Positions 1-8,500 of a stretch of DNA of 20,000 nt are shown piece by piece (position 1 is the first letter of the stretch; every line of letters begins with the position of its first letter). This DNA is from an uncultured virus (IMG/VR IMGVR_UViG_3300031839_001517). Taxonomy: Duplodnaviria; Heunggongvirae; Uroviricota; Caudoviricetes. The stretch lies in the IMG/VR virus record IMGVR_UViG_3300031839_001517, one strand, 5' to 3'. Position numbers and translations under genes: made by a program. The notes beneath the pieces were generated by a model, which had not been told where the DNA came from, searched no databases, and was given only the letters and a program-made list of their open reading frames with translations.

Positions 1-15
1 TGTATCTTGAGTTTA

Positions 16-207
16 CTATTTTTTATTTCTTAATCTGATTTTTTCTGCGTAATCTCGCTTCTGATAAACAACTCTGTCAACTTCCTCTGTTTCCAAATCA
101 TAAACTTCTTTCATTTCCCAAAGAGCTTCTTCCATCTGATCGGACGTTTCTCTGATTTTATCTTCAACTTTTTTCTCTACGCTAAACCACTTTATCCACT
201 TAAACAT
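16..207 (-). CDS. hypothetical protein (63 aa)
   Basis: ORF with AGGAG SD (ctcct 214-218) and CTATTTA motif upstream (227-233); tandem stop codons. Confidence 0.75.
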   Translation of the reverse strand: MFKWIKWFSVEKKVEDKIRETSDQMEEALWEMKEVYDLETEEVDRVVYQKRDYAEKIRLRNKK

Positions 208-246
208 ATCATACTCCTGATAATAGTAAATAGAACAATATTAAAA

Positions 247-579
247 TGGTGGAGACGGCGGGAATCGAACCCGCGTCCAGAATATTTCTAATTGTAGTCA
301 TTCACAAGCTTATTCAGTTTCTATCACAAACTGACAAAGATAGATGGCTATAAAATATCGCTTACCATCCTGTTGCGATAAGTTTTTTGATTTTTGCAAC
401 TTGTCTGTTGTGTTGATTAGATTGGATAGAAGGCTCTAATCGGCCTCCCTACTAAGCGGCTAAGCGCTGTTCGAAGTGTAAGTTGTTATTTGCAACTAAG
501 TTTTTTTGAACTGTCAAGGTCGTGTCTAACCTGCTTGCACTATTCCTCTTCATTACCCTGTCGAAGCCTAGTCATCCCC
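247..579 (-). ncRNA. ssrA: tmRNA (one-piece, ~333 nt)
   Basis: 5' GGGGATGACTAGGCTTCGAC; 3' T-arm GCGGGTTCGATTCCCGC followed by CGTCTCCACCA; acceptor stem GGGGATG/CGTCTCC with G3.U Ala determinant, encoded CCA, internal tag ORF. Confidence 0.97.
449..493 (-). other. tmRNA tag reading frame (A)ANNNLHFEQRLAA followed by TAG TAG
   Basis: resume codon GCA at 493-491; ends in LAA, typical of ClpXP-type degron; tandem stops. Confidence 0.92.
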
Positions 580-781
580 TTTTCTTTTTTATAATCACTC
601 CAATTGGAGAATGGTTCACATCATCCAACCAAATTGTTATTTCTTTATCTCTTTTCTGTTTTTCAGAAAACGAAAATTTTATACTTTTTGTGGCAGCCTT
701 TAAAGCTGCTGATTCTGACGAGTGTTTACTTACTAATTCGCCCTGAATATATCCGTTATGTTCTTTATATACTTTCCACAT
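572..781 (-). CDS. hypothetical basic protein (69 aa), 3' end overlaps tmRNA by 8 nt
   Basis: TAATG coupling to upstream gene; last codons AGG GGA TGA lie in the tmRNA 5' end. Confidence 0.75.
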   Translation of the reverse strand: MWKVYKEHNGYIQGELVSKHSSESAALKAATKSIKFSFSEKQKRDKEITIWLDDVNHSPIGVIIKKKRG

Positions 782-1365
782 TATAGCATGCCATCAATAG
801 TAGTTCTCATGTATTCCTCACTGAATCCTGTGTGCCCTAAGTAAATGCTTAAATCTCTTGTTAGATAGATATAGGTTGGGTACCCCTGAACATCATATCC
901 AGTAACCCCACTTGGATCCATAACTTGTCCAGCAGGCGCCTGCAACACTGGAGAGGAAGTATTTCCGTGACCCTCGGCCCATGTTTGAACATCTTCTTGT
1001 GTGGTAGGTAAGTTTTCGATACCAGCCATTAGCAAAGTAACAATAACCACTTCGCCGGCGTAGTCATCTTGTATTGGTTGAGCATAATGACCAGCGCTCT
1101 GGCATGGGCCACACCATGCTGCGGAAAAGTCTAAAATAACTACCTTGCCTTCGTGTTCGTATAATCTCCATGGATTTCCTGTATGATCATCAAATTTGAA
1201 ATCACAAACTGTGGCACCTATCTGATCATGACTACAATCTTCTGCGGCCGCAATCCCGTACTCTATTGGTGGTAGCTGTGGTAGTTGTTCGCCGCTATCA
1301 TCTGTGGCTACTTCTAACTCTGCTGGCCCACAGCCTAAGACGGTCAATAATATTAATTTAAACAT
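781..1365 (-). CDS. TlpA/redoxin-family thiol-disulfide oxidoreductase lipoprotein
   Basis: start at MFKLILLTVLGC (lipobox LGC, SD GAGG); GKVVILDFSAAWCGPC thioredoxin motif and GYPT cis-Pro motif. Confidence 0.88.
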   Translation of the reverse strand: MFKLILLTVLGCGPAELEVATDDSGEQLPQLPPIEYGIAAAEDCSHDQIGATVCDFKFDDHTGNPWRLYEHEGKVVILDFSAAWCGPCQSAGHYAQPIQDDYAGEVVIVTLLMAGIENLPTTQEDVQTWAEGHGNTSSPVLQAPAGQVMDPSGVTGYDVQGYPTYIYLTRDLSIYLGHTGFSEEYMRTTIDGML

Positions 1366-1726
1366 TCTGTTTTTCCTCTTTGTCGGTATCAAAAAACTTA
1401 TTAATTTGATACTTCTTACATATATTTAGAAATTCTAAGTACGTTAATCCCAAAAATCTGGATGCATCTTTTTTAGATTTAGTAGCCGAGATGGCAAATT
1501 TGAGAGTAGCCTCCTGAACAATGTTAGGGAGTGCTCTCCATATATCAAAACCATATAACCTGTTGTTAATATTATTAGCTGCTAATTCAAGCTTGACAGC
1601 AATTAAATCTTCAAGAGATAATGAGTTAAGAGAAACTAGTAATTGATCATTAAGTAAATTCTGTTCTTTTAAGATCTTAATTATACTTTTAGATTTAGTA
1701 GTGATCTTCTTTGTTTGTACTGTCAT
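1358..1726 (-). CDS. putative Fis-like helix-turn-helix DNA-binding protein
   Basis: C-terminal TKSKKDASRFLGLTYLEFLNICKKYQI resembles the Fis HTH pattern (N..xAA..LG.....L...+KKY.I). Confidence 0.55.
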   Translation of the reverse strand: MTVQTKKITTKSKSIIKILKEQNLLNDQLLVSLNSLSLEDLIAVKLELAANNINNRLYGFDIWRALPNIVQEATLKFAISATKSKKDASRFLGLTYLEFLNICKKYQINKFFDTDKEEKQNV

Positions 1727-1756
1727 TATTAACTATCACAAGCAGAACACAAATTT

Positions 1757-1785
1757 ATTATAATAAGTATTCTCAGATTTGTCAA
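1757..1785 (-). promoter_or_regulatory. sigma70 consensus promoter
   Basis: TTGACA (1785-1780) - 17 nt - TATAAT (1762-1757), intergenic upstream of 1726. Confidence 0.9.
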
Positions 1786-1795
1786 ATTAAAAAGT

Positions 1796-2065
1796 TTAGA
1801 AAACTCCGTCACCGTTATCAGAAATCTTGCCTTCAACATATGCTTTCAAAATTTGTGTCAGCTTTTCGGCCCTTTTGACAATTTCTTCATCGCCTTCATC
1901 TTTGGCGGCTCTGGCTTCTGCTTTTTTTGCATCCTTTTCTTCTTCGGTCATGGCGTCTTTAACCGCCTTCGGCAGATCTTCGATCGGATCCGGCTCTCCA
2001 CCGCCATCATCGCCACTTTCAAGTATAATTAGTGCTGAAAGTAGTTGTTGCTCGCGTTCATTCAT
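1796..2065 (-). CDS. hypothetical acidic protein (89 aa)
   Basis: ORF with AGGAG SD; co-oriented with neighbours. Confidence 0.75.
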   Translation of the reverse strand: MNEREQQLLSALIILESGDDGGGEPDPIEDLPKAVKDAMTEEEKDAKKAEARAAKDEGDEEIVKRAEKLTQILKAYVEGKISDNGDGVF

Positions 2066-2084
2066 AACAAAATGTTCTCCTATA

Positions 2085-2849
2085 TTAGAGATCTAATTCT
2101 ATATCGTCTTCGGAACTTTGTGTAGCACCCTGATCCTGCTTAGCCATATCGTACGCCTGATTGCTGGGTTCCTCAACTTGGTTAGCTAACTCCTCTTCAA
2201 ACTTTTCAAAGTACAGTTTTAAGTTGGCAATCAGATAATCATAAAACAATTCTTGGTCCTCTGGATTAGCTAAAAGCTCATAAGAGTCAATGATGCTACT
2301 TTCGATTTTCTTATAAGACTGGTATGCTACGTTTCTTCCGGTCTCATCACCATCAACGCCAGAACCAAAAGAATCGCGAGGATCCTCTTCTTCATCTTCA
2401 GATGCTTTGTCCGCCGGAGATCTGATATCGATAAACTTGTCGTCTCCAAGTGCAGCCTCATCGCCTACTTTGATATCAATCTCTTCTTCTAAATCAGAAT
2501 CAGCATCGGCAGCTTGATTGTTAAGTCTCGCCGGCGTAAGTGAATTGTCCACAGCGTTAATAACGTGCGCTCGATATGATTGACGTTGATCAGGATTTGT
2601 GGTTAAAGACTTGTAATCTGTTTCCAAAATTGGTATAATCTTTTTAAGAAGTTCTTCTAGTACATTAATACCAGTGGACTTGTTTGGTGATGGATCGACA
2701 TCTGGCGTCTGCCCTTCTGCTAAATCAAAGTCCATCATTTTTCTAATAATCATACGAAGTTCATTTTCTTCATTAAGTGTTTTTTGTGACTTGACATGTC
2801 TGATAATTTGTCTTATATTCTCTCTGAGAATCTTCTCTTCTTGGTTCAT
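2085..2849 (-). CDS. hypothetical acidic protein, possibly virion-internal (254 aa)
   Basis: ATGA overlap with upstream gene; LRExIRxII-type helices and L-x-E motifs. Confidence 0.8.
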   Translation of the reverse strand: MNQEEKILRENIRQIIRHVKSQKTLNEENELRMIIRKMMDFDLAEGQTPDVDPSPNKSTGINVLEELLKKIIPILETDYKSLTTNPDQRQSYRAHVINAVDNSLTPARLNNQAADADSDLEEEIDIKVGDEAALGDDKFIDIRSPADKASEDEEEDPRDSFGSGVDGDETGRNVAYQSYKKIESSIIDSYELLANPEDQELFYDYLIANLKLYFEKFEEELANQVEEPSNQAYDMAKQDQGATQSSEDDIELDL

Positions 2850-4864
2850 TTTGTAATGCCTCTTTTCATAATTAGTTCTATAACCTCATCAATCAAACTT
2901 ATATCGATATATTCGTTCTTCTTTTTCTTCTTGGGTCTAGCCGACCCATATCCCAAAGGGGCCGCATATCCTCCAGCCGCCGCTGCTGTGGACATTTCCT
3001 CTACACCCACGAGCCCTAATATATCTAATATGGCATCGACATTCTCTTCACCAACAAAGTCAGCTATTTCTGCTTTGTTTCCGGATCCGGCGCCTAGTGC
3101 ATTTCTAAATGCTGTTGCACTGTATGGTTCTCCACTAGCACGCACTGTGGGATTAACTGCGGTCTTTTCTGGATCAAGTAGCTTTACCCCGTTCTTAACG
3201 TATTTTTCTGCACCGAGCCATCTTTTCCAGTCGTCATCTTTGGTACTGGCGCCCAATATGGCCCTGTCACCCACGTTCAATGGTCCCTTATCGCCAATAA
3301 AATCATATGCTGCAGTTATAGGCGAGGCATGGTCTTTTGAAGCCTCAACGCTAACGTTGGGCATGCCAGAAACCATGACTTGCCATATCTTAAGGGAATC
3401 GTCAGAAGTGATCTCTCTACCATCTGGCAGGTATCTTCCTCTTTTGGTTGGCTTTGATATGATTACTACAACTTCGTCTGCCATATCAGCGTACTTTCGG
3501 ACCATGTCCAAGTGCCCTCGATGTGGTGGTTTAAACGCCCCGGGTACCACAGCGACAGTTTTTGGGTAATCAGAGTCGACTACCGGATCATCTGACTCAT
3601 CATCTACAAAATCTATTTCAATTTCTTCATCTATGTCTTCTTGCATTCCTGAACGTCTTGCTCTGCCGATAATCTGATTAGCCATAGCAAATGCACCGGT
3701 GAGTTTATAAATTTTATCAGAACCCGGTGGATATTCAAATACAACACCTTCCATAGAAGAAGCAAGATTCTCTATCTTTCCAAGTTTTGCTAACTGCTTG
3801 TCAACAAGTTCTCCCATCTTTTCATCGCCTGAAGACTGCAATGCTTTCAAATAGGTAATCGATTGTTCAAGCTCTTTTCTCATTCTGTCAACTTCTTTGT
3901 CGTTATCTTTTACAAAGAAACTTTTCACTCCACGAAGTACTTCAATAGCAAAATCGCTAATAGCCACTTCGAGAGGTTGTAAAACGGATGAGATATATTT
4001 TCTAGAATTTGTCTTTGAGCCAAGCTTGGATACCACTGATTGAAGTTCTTTTGGTAATCCTTTTTTGAGATTTACAACGGAGATGCCTCTCTCTTTGGCT
4101 TCATCTGGATTTAACATCAACATTATAAGCTTGTCAGTCACATCTCTTGGTAGATCTACTTGGTCTGCATATTTTCGCACCACCAACTCAACATAACTTG
4201 CTAAGCTGCCATCCATGCCAACGGGTCCAGCAAAAGATTTGATACGTCGACTAACCTCTTCAACTGCGGCGCCGTCGGCAAGCTTTTTTAAAGCTACAAT
4301 TTTTGGTCCATGGACACTCCACTGTTCACCGCCGACTTGTTCGCTAGCACCATCGATAAGGCCAGCCAACTTGGTAAACTTTTGTTTTGTCTCTGATCGC
4401 ATTTCTGGTGTTTCATCTTCGTCACCAAAGTATTGCAATCCGTGCAAAACAATATTTGGAGCAGAATACAAAATAATATTAGGATTATTAGGATACATAA
4501 TCTCCATGTTAACGTACCTCTGGCCGTCCGCAAAGATTGTTTCCAACTCCTCTGGGCTTAGCTTACGCAAAGCCGCTGAGACCGCCTTAAAACCGTTTGT
4601 AAAGGCATTTTCTGCTGGGTGTCCTTTCCATTTACTGATATACTCATCAGTTGTCATTCCACCCTTCTTTACATCGCCGCTATTACGAGCAGTTTTTATT
4701 TCTCCAGAAGAATCGACGGTCAAAAACAAATTCTGACCGTCAACCTTTTCCGTAGCGTTATCTATCTCGGCAAGCGCCACCTTTTGGAGGATGCTGACTA
4801 TCTCATTGAAAGTCAGACTCAGGTCCTCCGAAAGGTGTGCCATGTGTCCGGCAACACCACCCAT
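2846..4864 (-). CDS. fusion of RNA-ligase-like covalent nucleotidyltransferase and C-terminal HxGH (cytidyltransferase-like) domain
   Basis: motif I TEKVDG, ARN, motif III NMEIM, motif IV EGVVF, motif V IYK; C-terminal PGAFKPPHRGH and YSATAFR. Confidence 0.8.
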   Translation of the reverse strand: MGGVAGHMAHLSEDLSLTFNEIVSILQKVALAEIDNATEKVDGQNLFLTVDSSGEIKTARNSGDVKKGGMTTDEYISKWKGHPAENAFTNGFKAVSAALRKLSPEELETIFADGQRYVNMEIMYPNNPNIILYSAPNIVLHGLQYFGDEDETPEMRSETKQKFTKLAGLIDGASEQVGGEQWSVHGPKIVALKKLADGAAVEEVSRRIKSFAGPVGMDGSLASYVELVVRKYADQVDLPRDVTDKLIMLMLNPDEAKERGISVVNLKKGLPKELQSVVSKLGSKTNSRKYISSVLQPLEVAISDFAIEVLRGVKSFFVKDNDKEVDRMRKELEQSITYLKALQSSGDEKMGELVDKQLAKLGKIENLASSMEGVVFEYPPGSDKIYKLTGAFAMANQIIGRARRSGMQEDIDEEIEIDFVDDESDDPVVDSDYPKTVAVVPGAFKPPHRGHLDMVRKYADMADEVVVIISKPTKRGRYLPDGREITSDDSLKIWQVMVSGMPNVSVEASKDHASPITAAYDFIGDKGPLNVGDRAILGASTKDDDWKRWLGAEKYVKNGVKLLDPEKTAVNPTVRASGEPYSATAFRNALGAGSGNKAEIADFVGEENVDAILDILGLVGVEEMSTAAAAGGYAAPLGYGSARPKKKKKNEYIDISLIDEVIELIMKRGITK

Positions 4865-5115
4865 TACTTATCTCCCTGAGATTCTTCTATTATATTAAGT
4901 TTTTCTTGGAGCACATCAATATTACTTTCCATACGGCGAGCAAATCTCTTAACTTCTCGCAAGTGTGTCTTTGCGAGTTGGAGTCTGCGTTTTTCGACCA
5001 TTGTCCTTGGTTTAAGATTGGAAATTATTTCTTGGAGACCTTGAATATAGGTAAAGATGTTCTTTTCATCAAGACTCTCGTTAAGAAAATCTCGCCATTG
5101 TGTGTTTAATGACAT
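4864..5115 (-). CDS. hypothetical coiled-coil protein with N-terminal WRDFLNE motif
   Basis: ORF with GAGG SD, TAATG coupling to the 672 aa gene. Confidence 0.8.
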   Translation of the reverse strand: MSLNTQWRDFLNESLDEKNIFTYIQGLQEIISNLKPRTMVEKRRLQLAKTHLREVKRFARRMESNIDVLQEKLNIIEESQGDK

Positions 5116-5211
5116 AATATGTTCCTCGTTGTTTTGTAATAATAATAGTTTTTTAATAAAGGTAATTCGTGACTTTCTAAGTTCAATTTTTGTACTTACC
5201 GGTCATGATTC

Positions 5212-6420
5212 TTAGCCTTTCAGGTGTTTGGCGAGCATGTTTCTGATAGCTTCGCGAAGAGCATCTTGATCTTCGTGCATTCTATCAGCATGCATTCTAT
5301 CACGACCAACATCTCTGTCTTCGTTTCCTGCACGCTTGGCTGCAACTTCTTCAATGTCTTCTTCGTTTACGAATGCTTCGTCACCTTTCTTCTCGCCGCG
5401 GCCTTTACCGCTGTGCTTAAGCTTATCACCCTTGTGAGTTTTTGAATCATCGCCCTTAGACTCACCATCATCACGCTTAGCAGGATGATCACCGTGACCT
5501 TCTGCCAAGCTGGCATCGGTAATTTGGATGTCTTCAACGGCAACGTTCTCTAAAATCGTACCATCTTGAAGCTTCATATCATAGGCTGTAACCTTTCCGA
5601 GCTTTTTGTTCCAGTTGTGGCCAACAGCTTCTGCCATTTGGACAGCGCCATTGTGCTCAACACCACCGTGGTGTACACAATAGTGGTTAGGTGCAAAGAT
5701 TTGCTGTGCATTTTCTTCAAGAGACTCATCATCATCGTCTTTATCTTCTACTGGCTCTCTCTTGTGAGGCTTGCGACGTTCACCAGCTTGCTTAGCTTGT
5801 GCTAACTCTTCAATCTCTTCCTCTTCCTTCATGTGACCCATGTTGGTGTCATCTTTATCATCACCGTCAACGCCAGACATTCCAGTGTTCTTATCAGCAC
5901 CTTCGTTAAATTCATTGAATTCTTCAAGTGTGCTGAACTTAAACCCCCATGCTTCTGAAAGCAATGTAGAGAGTTCGTTATTTTTCCAATCTTTAATAGA
6001 CATCTTTTTTTCTCCTTTTTGTAGATGTTCGAAATAAATAGTCTTCTTTATGCTGTCTTCCCAATCTCGGAAGCACATATTTCCGACTTCATACGCTTCG
6101 CGTTCCATTTCACGCAAGTGTTCGTCATTCTGAGCATACCCCTCATCCATCTCACCAGCACTATCAAACTCGCCGCGGCAGTTCTGTGTGTGGTGCACTA
6201 ATTCGTGGGACAAAGACCTCATTACGTCTTTTGGGTGTCGTCCTGTTGTGTATAATGTAATTGACTTTCCAGATGGATCATAATACGCAGTTTTACCCAG
6301 AGGGTCGCTTGCATTTTTTTCATCACCTTTCAAAAATAATTGAGGTGGCTCATTAAAGCCCATCCTCTGCATAGCAAAAGGCATGAATTTTTTAATCAGT
6401 GGGTTTAAAATGTCAATCAT
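5212..6420 (-). CDS. zincin-like metallopeptidase domain plus charged low-complexity C-terminal region
   Basis: SLSHELVHHTQ (HExxH) and downstream EREAYE; internal SD+ATG at 6003. Confidence 0.8.
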   Translation of the reverse strand: MIDILNPLIKKFMPFAMQRMGFNEPPQLFLKGDEKNASDPLGKTAYYDPSGKSITLYTTGRHPKDVMRSLSHELVHHTQNCRGEFDSAGEMDEGYAQNDEHLREMEREAYEVGNMCFRDWEDSIKKTIYFEHLQKGEKKMSIKDWKNNELSTLLSEAWGFKFSTLEEFNEFNEGADKNTGMSGVDGDDKDDTNMGHMKEEEEIEELAQAKQAGERRKPHKREPVEDKDDDDESLEENAQQIFAPNHYCVHHGGVEHNGAVQMAEAVGHNWNKKLGKVTAYDMKLQDGTILENVAVEDIQITDASLAEGHGDHPAKRDDGESKGDDSKTHKGDKLKHSGKGRGEKKGDEAFVNEEDIEEVAAKRAGNEDRDVGRDRMHADRMHEDQDALREAIRNMLAKHLKG

Positions 6421-6456
6421 TACAGATACTCAGTTAATTCAATATAAATAGTTTTC

Positions 6457-6705
6457 TTATAGCTTATTTACTAATTTGAGTGTTAATGTAAAGAATTCCC
6501 TTTCCATAGGGGGTCCATTGATGGGTATTACTTTTGAAATTGATACAACGCGATTTGATTGTATCCTGTTTTCATTTTTAACAATTATTCCGTAGTTGGG
6601 TACCCAAATTTCTTGTTCGGTACACCATGAAGACCACTCGACAATATCGCCCGGCTCTAAATCTTCTGCTGTTACGCTACCAAAAGCTTCTTTTTCATCC
6701 ATCAT
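6457..6705 (-). CDS. small SH3/KOW-like protein
   Basis: likely start MMDEKEAF next to upstream stop; LEPGDIVEW...YGIIV pattern. Confidence 0.65.
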   Translation of the reverse strand: MMDEKEAFGSVTAEDLEPGDIVEWSSWCTEQEIWVPNYGIIVKNENRIQSNRVVSISKVIPINGPPMEREFFTLTLKLVNKL

Positions 6706-6892
6706 ACCTGACCAGCCAAGAACAAGTTCCTTGTTTAAGAAAGTGAGTACAAGTTGCCAAAGCTTCTTCCTCAGAGTGAAACGGACCCACTTGAGAAACT
6801 TTTTGTTCAACCACGTCGATAACGTGTCTTACCAAGAAGACATCGATACCTGACTCAGACTTATCGTCTTTGTTAGTTTTCTTTGCTGCCAC
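6695..6892 (-). CDS. hypothetical protein (65 aa, GTG start)
   Basis: TAGTTA-N4-GTG start context. Confidence 0.7.
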   Translation of the reverse strand: MAAKKTNKDDKSESGIDVFLVRHVIDVVEQKVSQVGPFHSEEEALATCTHFLKQGTCSWLVRYDG

Positions 6893-6911
6893 GCCCTAAC
6901 TAGGGCATTAA

Positions 6912-7064
6912 TTAAAATAAAAGCGGACTATTCCCATCATTTTTACATATTAAAAGAACAAGCAAAGATACAACAGTTAGTTCAAATCCTATGAAAACAC
7001 AGGACAAGGCACCCACGATAAGCGAAAGTGTTGTTTTCCAAAAAGAATTAAAAGTAAAAAGCAT
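6912..7064 (-). CDS. small membrane protein (50 aa; not in ORF track)
   Basis: hand translation MLFTFNSFWKTTLSLIVGALSCVFIGFELTVVSLLVLLICKNDGNSPLLF; TGATG coupling to upstream gene. Confidence 0.6.
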   Translation of the reverse strand: MLFTFNSFWKTTLSLIVGALSCVFIGFELTVVSLLVLLICKNDGNSPLLF

Positions 7065-7354
7065 CAATCGCACTCAGTGTAAATTAGTTCATCATAATCT
7101 ATCATTACTATTTTACCACAAGAAGAATAAATTAAAACTTTATTTAGTTCATCTTTTTCATCATCAATCAACCACACCTTTTGTCCGCGACTAATTTTTA
7201 CAAAAGCTCTTGTTCCGTACTCTCGACAATACAGTATACCCGAGCCTATTACACCATATTCAGGAACCAAAGGAAGGTCTTCATCCGGCGAACCACCAAC
7301 CTGCTTTATTACTCGTGCGCAAAAATCTTTGATTTCTTGTCTATTAAGTGCCAC
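7064..7354 (-). CDS. hypothetical protein (GTG start at 7354 proposed)
   Basis: in-frame GTG 4 nt after TAGTTA (7364-7359). Confidence 0.7.
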   Translation of the reverse strand: MALNRQEIKDFCARVIKQVGGSPDEDLPLVPEYGVIGSGILYCREYGTRAFVKISRGQKVWLIDDEKDELNKVLIYSSCGKIVMIDYDELIYTECD

Positions 7355-7443
7355 AAAGTAACTATGAAGCAAAATGGCACTTTGATGTTAGAGTTTTTTG
7401 ACCATTAACAATAACAGTAGTATATTGTTTGAACGACCAAAAA

Positions 7444-7770
7444 CTAGAATATTTCTAAAGCCCACGCCATGGCAATACCCATTAAGGTTTGAACACCCAT
7501 GAACATGGTAACCGCTTTGGTTCTGAACGTCTTTAACTGCTCGAGTTCAACTAGAGCTTCTCTCAGTTGGGGAGGCGATGCGACATCATCCATTTTTTCT
7601 TTCCAAGCTTTTAAGTCTTGGACCCTGTCTTCTTTTGCTTTTAACTCAGTCAATTGGCTTTTTACATCTTGCAATTCAGTACGTAAGCCTTCAATGCCAC
7701 TGGCCATAGTTTCAAGTTGTTGTAAAACTAACTTTGAGTAGGTTTCCCATCCATTATTTTCATTTGACAT
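7444..7770 (-). CDS. coiled-coil protein with C-terminal membrane anchor (XhlA/holin-like architecture)
   Basis: heptad-rich body, hydrophobic C-terminus AVTMFMGVQTLMGIAMAWALEIF; GGAG SD. Confidence 0.7.
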   Translation of the reverse strand: MSNENNGWETYSKLVLQQLETMASGIEGLRTELQDVKSQLTELKAKEDRVQDLKAWKEKMDDVASPPQLREALVELEQLKTFRTKAVTMFMGVQTLMGIAMAWALEIF

Positions 7771-7801
7771 GATTGAATCTCCAACTGTATATAGTTTTCT
7801 G

Positions 7802-8500
7802 TCAGCAACTAATCGGTTCTATTTTATACTGTCTCTGGGGGTCATCACCAAAACCAACGACTTTGTAAATAAGAAGCTCAAAACCCACGGGTTTGATTTC
7901 TTCAATTTGATTGTTGTCACATATTTTTAACATAACATCGTCAATATTCTTCTGTGAATCTTCGTAGTACTCTATTCTATTGATATTCGATTTGCCATCG
8001 GGCATTATCTTGTTTTTCATCATCGCAATCATCACATCTCCTTTTGATTCACCTTGGGTAGCTATTGGTCTGACTTGTGATGCGTCAACACCAATCTCAT
8101 CTAGATAATCCATGATAGGGCCAAGTGAGTTTCCCCGCCGCGCTGTCAAGATATACGTCTTAGAATTTTGAGGAAGATTTTTCATTATGTCTGTGACGAT
8201 GGTAATTTCATCTGGATCTTTTACTATCGAAAAGTCACTCAAATCAATTTCATACCCAAGTTCTTGCAAATCTCTTACCGGGTCAAATGATTCTATACCC
8301 TCTTTGGCTGCTGCTTCCTTCATATACTCTTCAAACTCTTTCTGGTCACGTAGGGTCGCCGTAGAGCCGTCAGGGGCAGTAACACGTGTTTCTGACCTCG
8401 TATGGGCTATTGTTTCATCGAAGTCAAAAATGCGGAGGGTTGTAACGGGCTCATACTCTTCATTAACGAACTTTCGCCAATTTTCAAGTAGGAGTTTCAT
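7802..8500 (-). CDS. HAD-superfamily phosphatase (RNA-repair/PNKP-like HAD) with MKLLLENWRKF leader
   Basis: motif I IFDFDET, motif II ILTAR, K, motif IV YYEDS; start at 8500 inferred from the shared leader. Confidence 0.82.
   Translation of the reverse strand: MKLLLENWRKFVNEEYEPVTTLRIFDFDETIAHTRSETRVTAPDGSTATLRDQKEFEEYMKEAAAKEGIESFDPVRDLQELGYEIDLSDFSIVKDPDEITIVTDIMKNLPQNSKTYILTARRGNSLGPIMDYLDEIGVDASQVRPIATQGESKGDVMIAMMKNKIMPDGKSNINRIEYYEDSQKNIDDVMLKICDNNQIEEIKPVGFELLIYKVVGFGDDPQRQYKIEPISC

Noticed and set aside
247..280. Stand-alone tRNA or integration att site
   Set aside because: The T-arm and acceptor belong to a full tmRNA whose 5' half is at 579; no duplicated 3' end or integrase is present in the window.
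6443..6450. T4 late promoter TATAAATA
   Set aside because: It lies on the non-coding strand and is better explained as the reverse complement of the CTATTTA motif.
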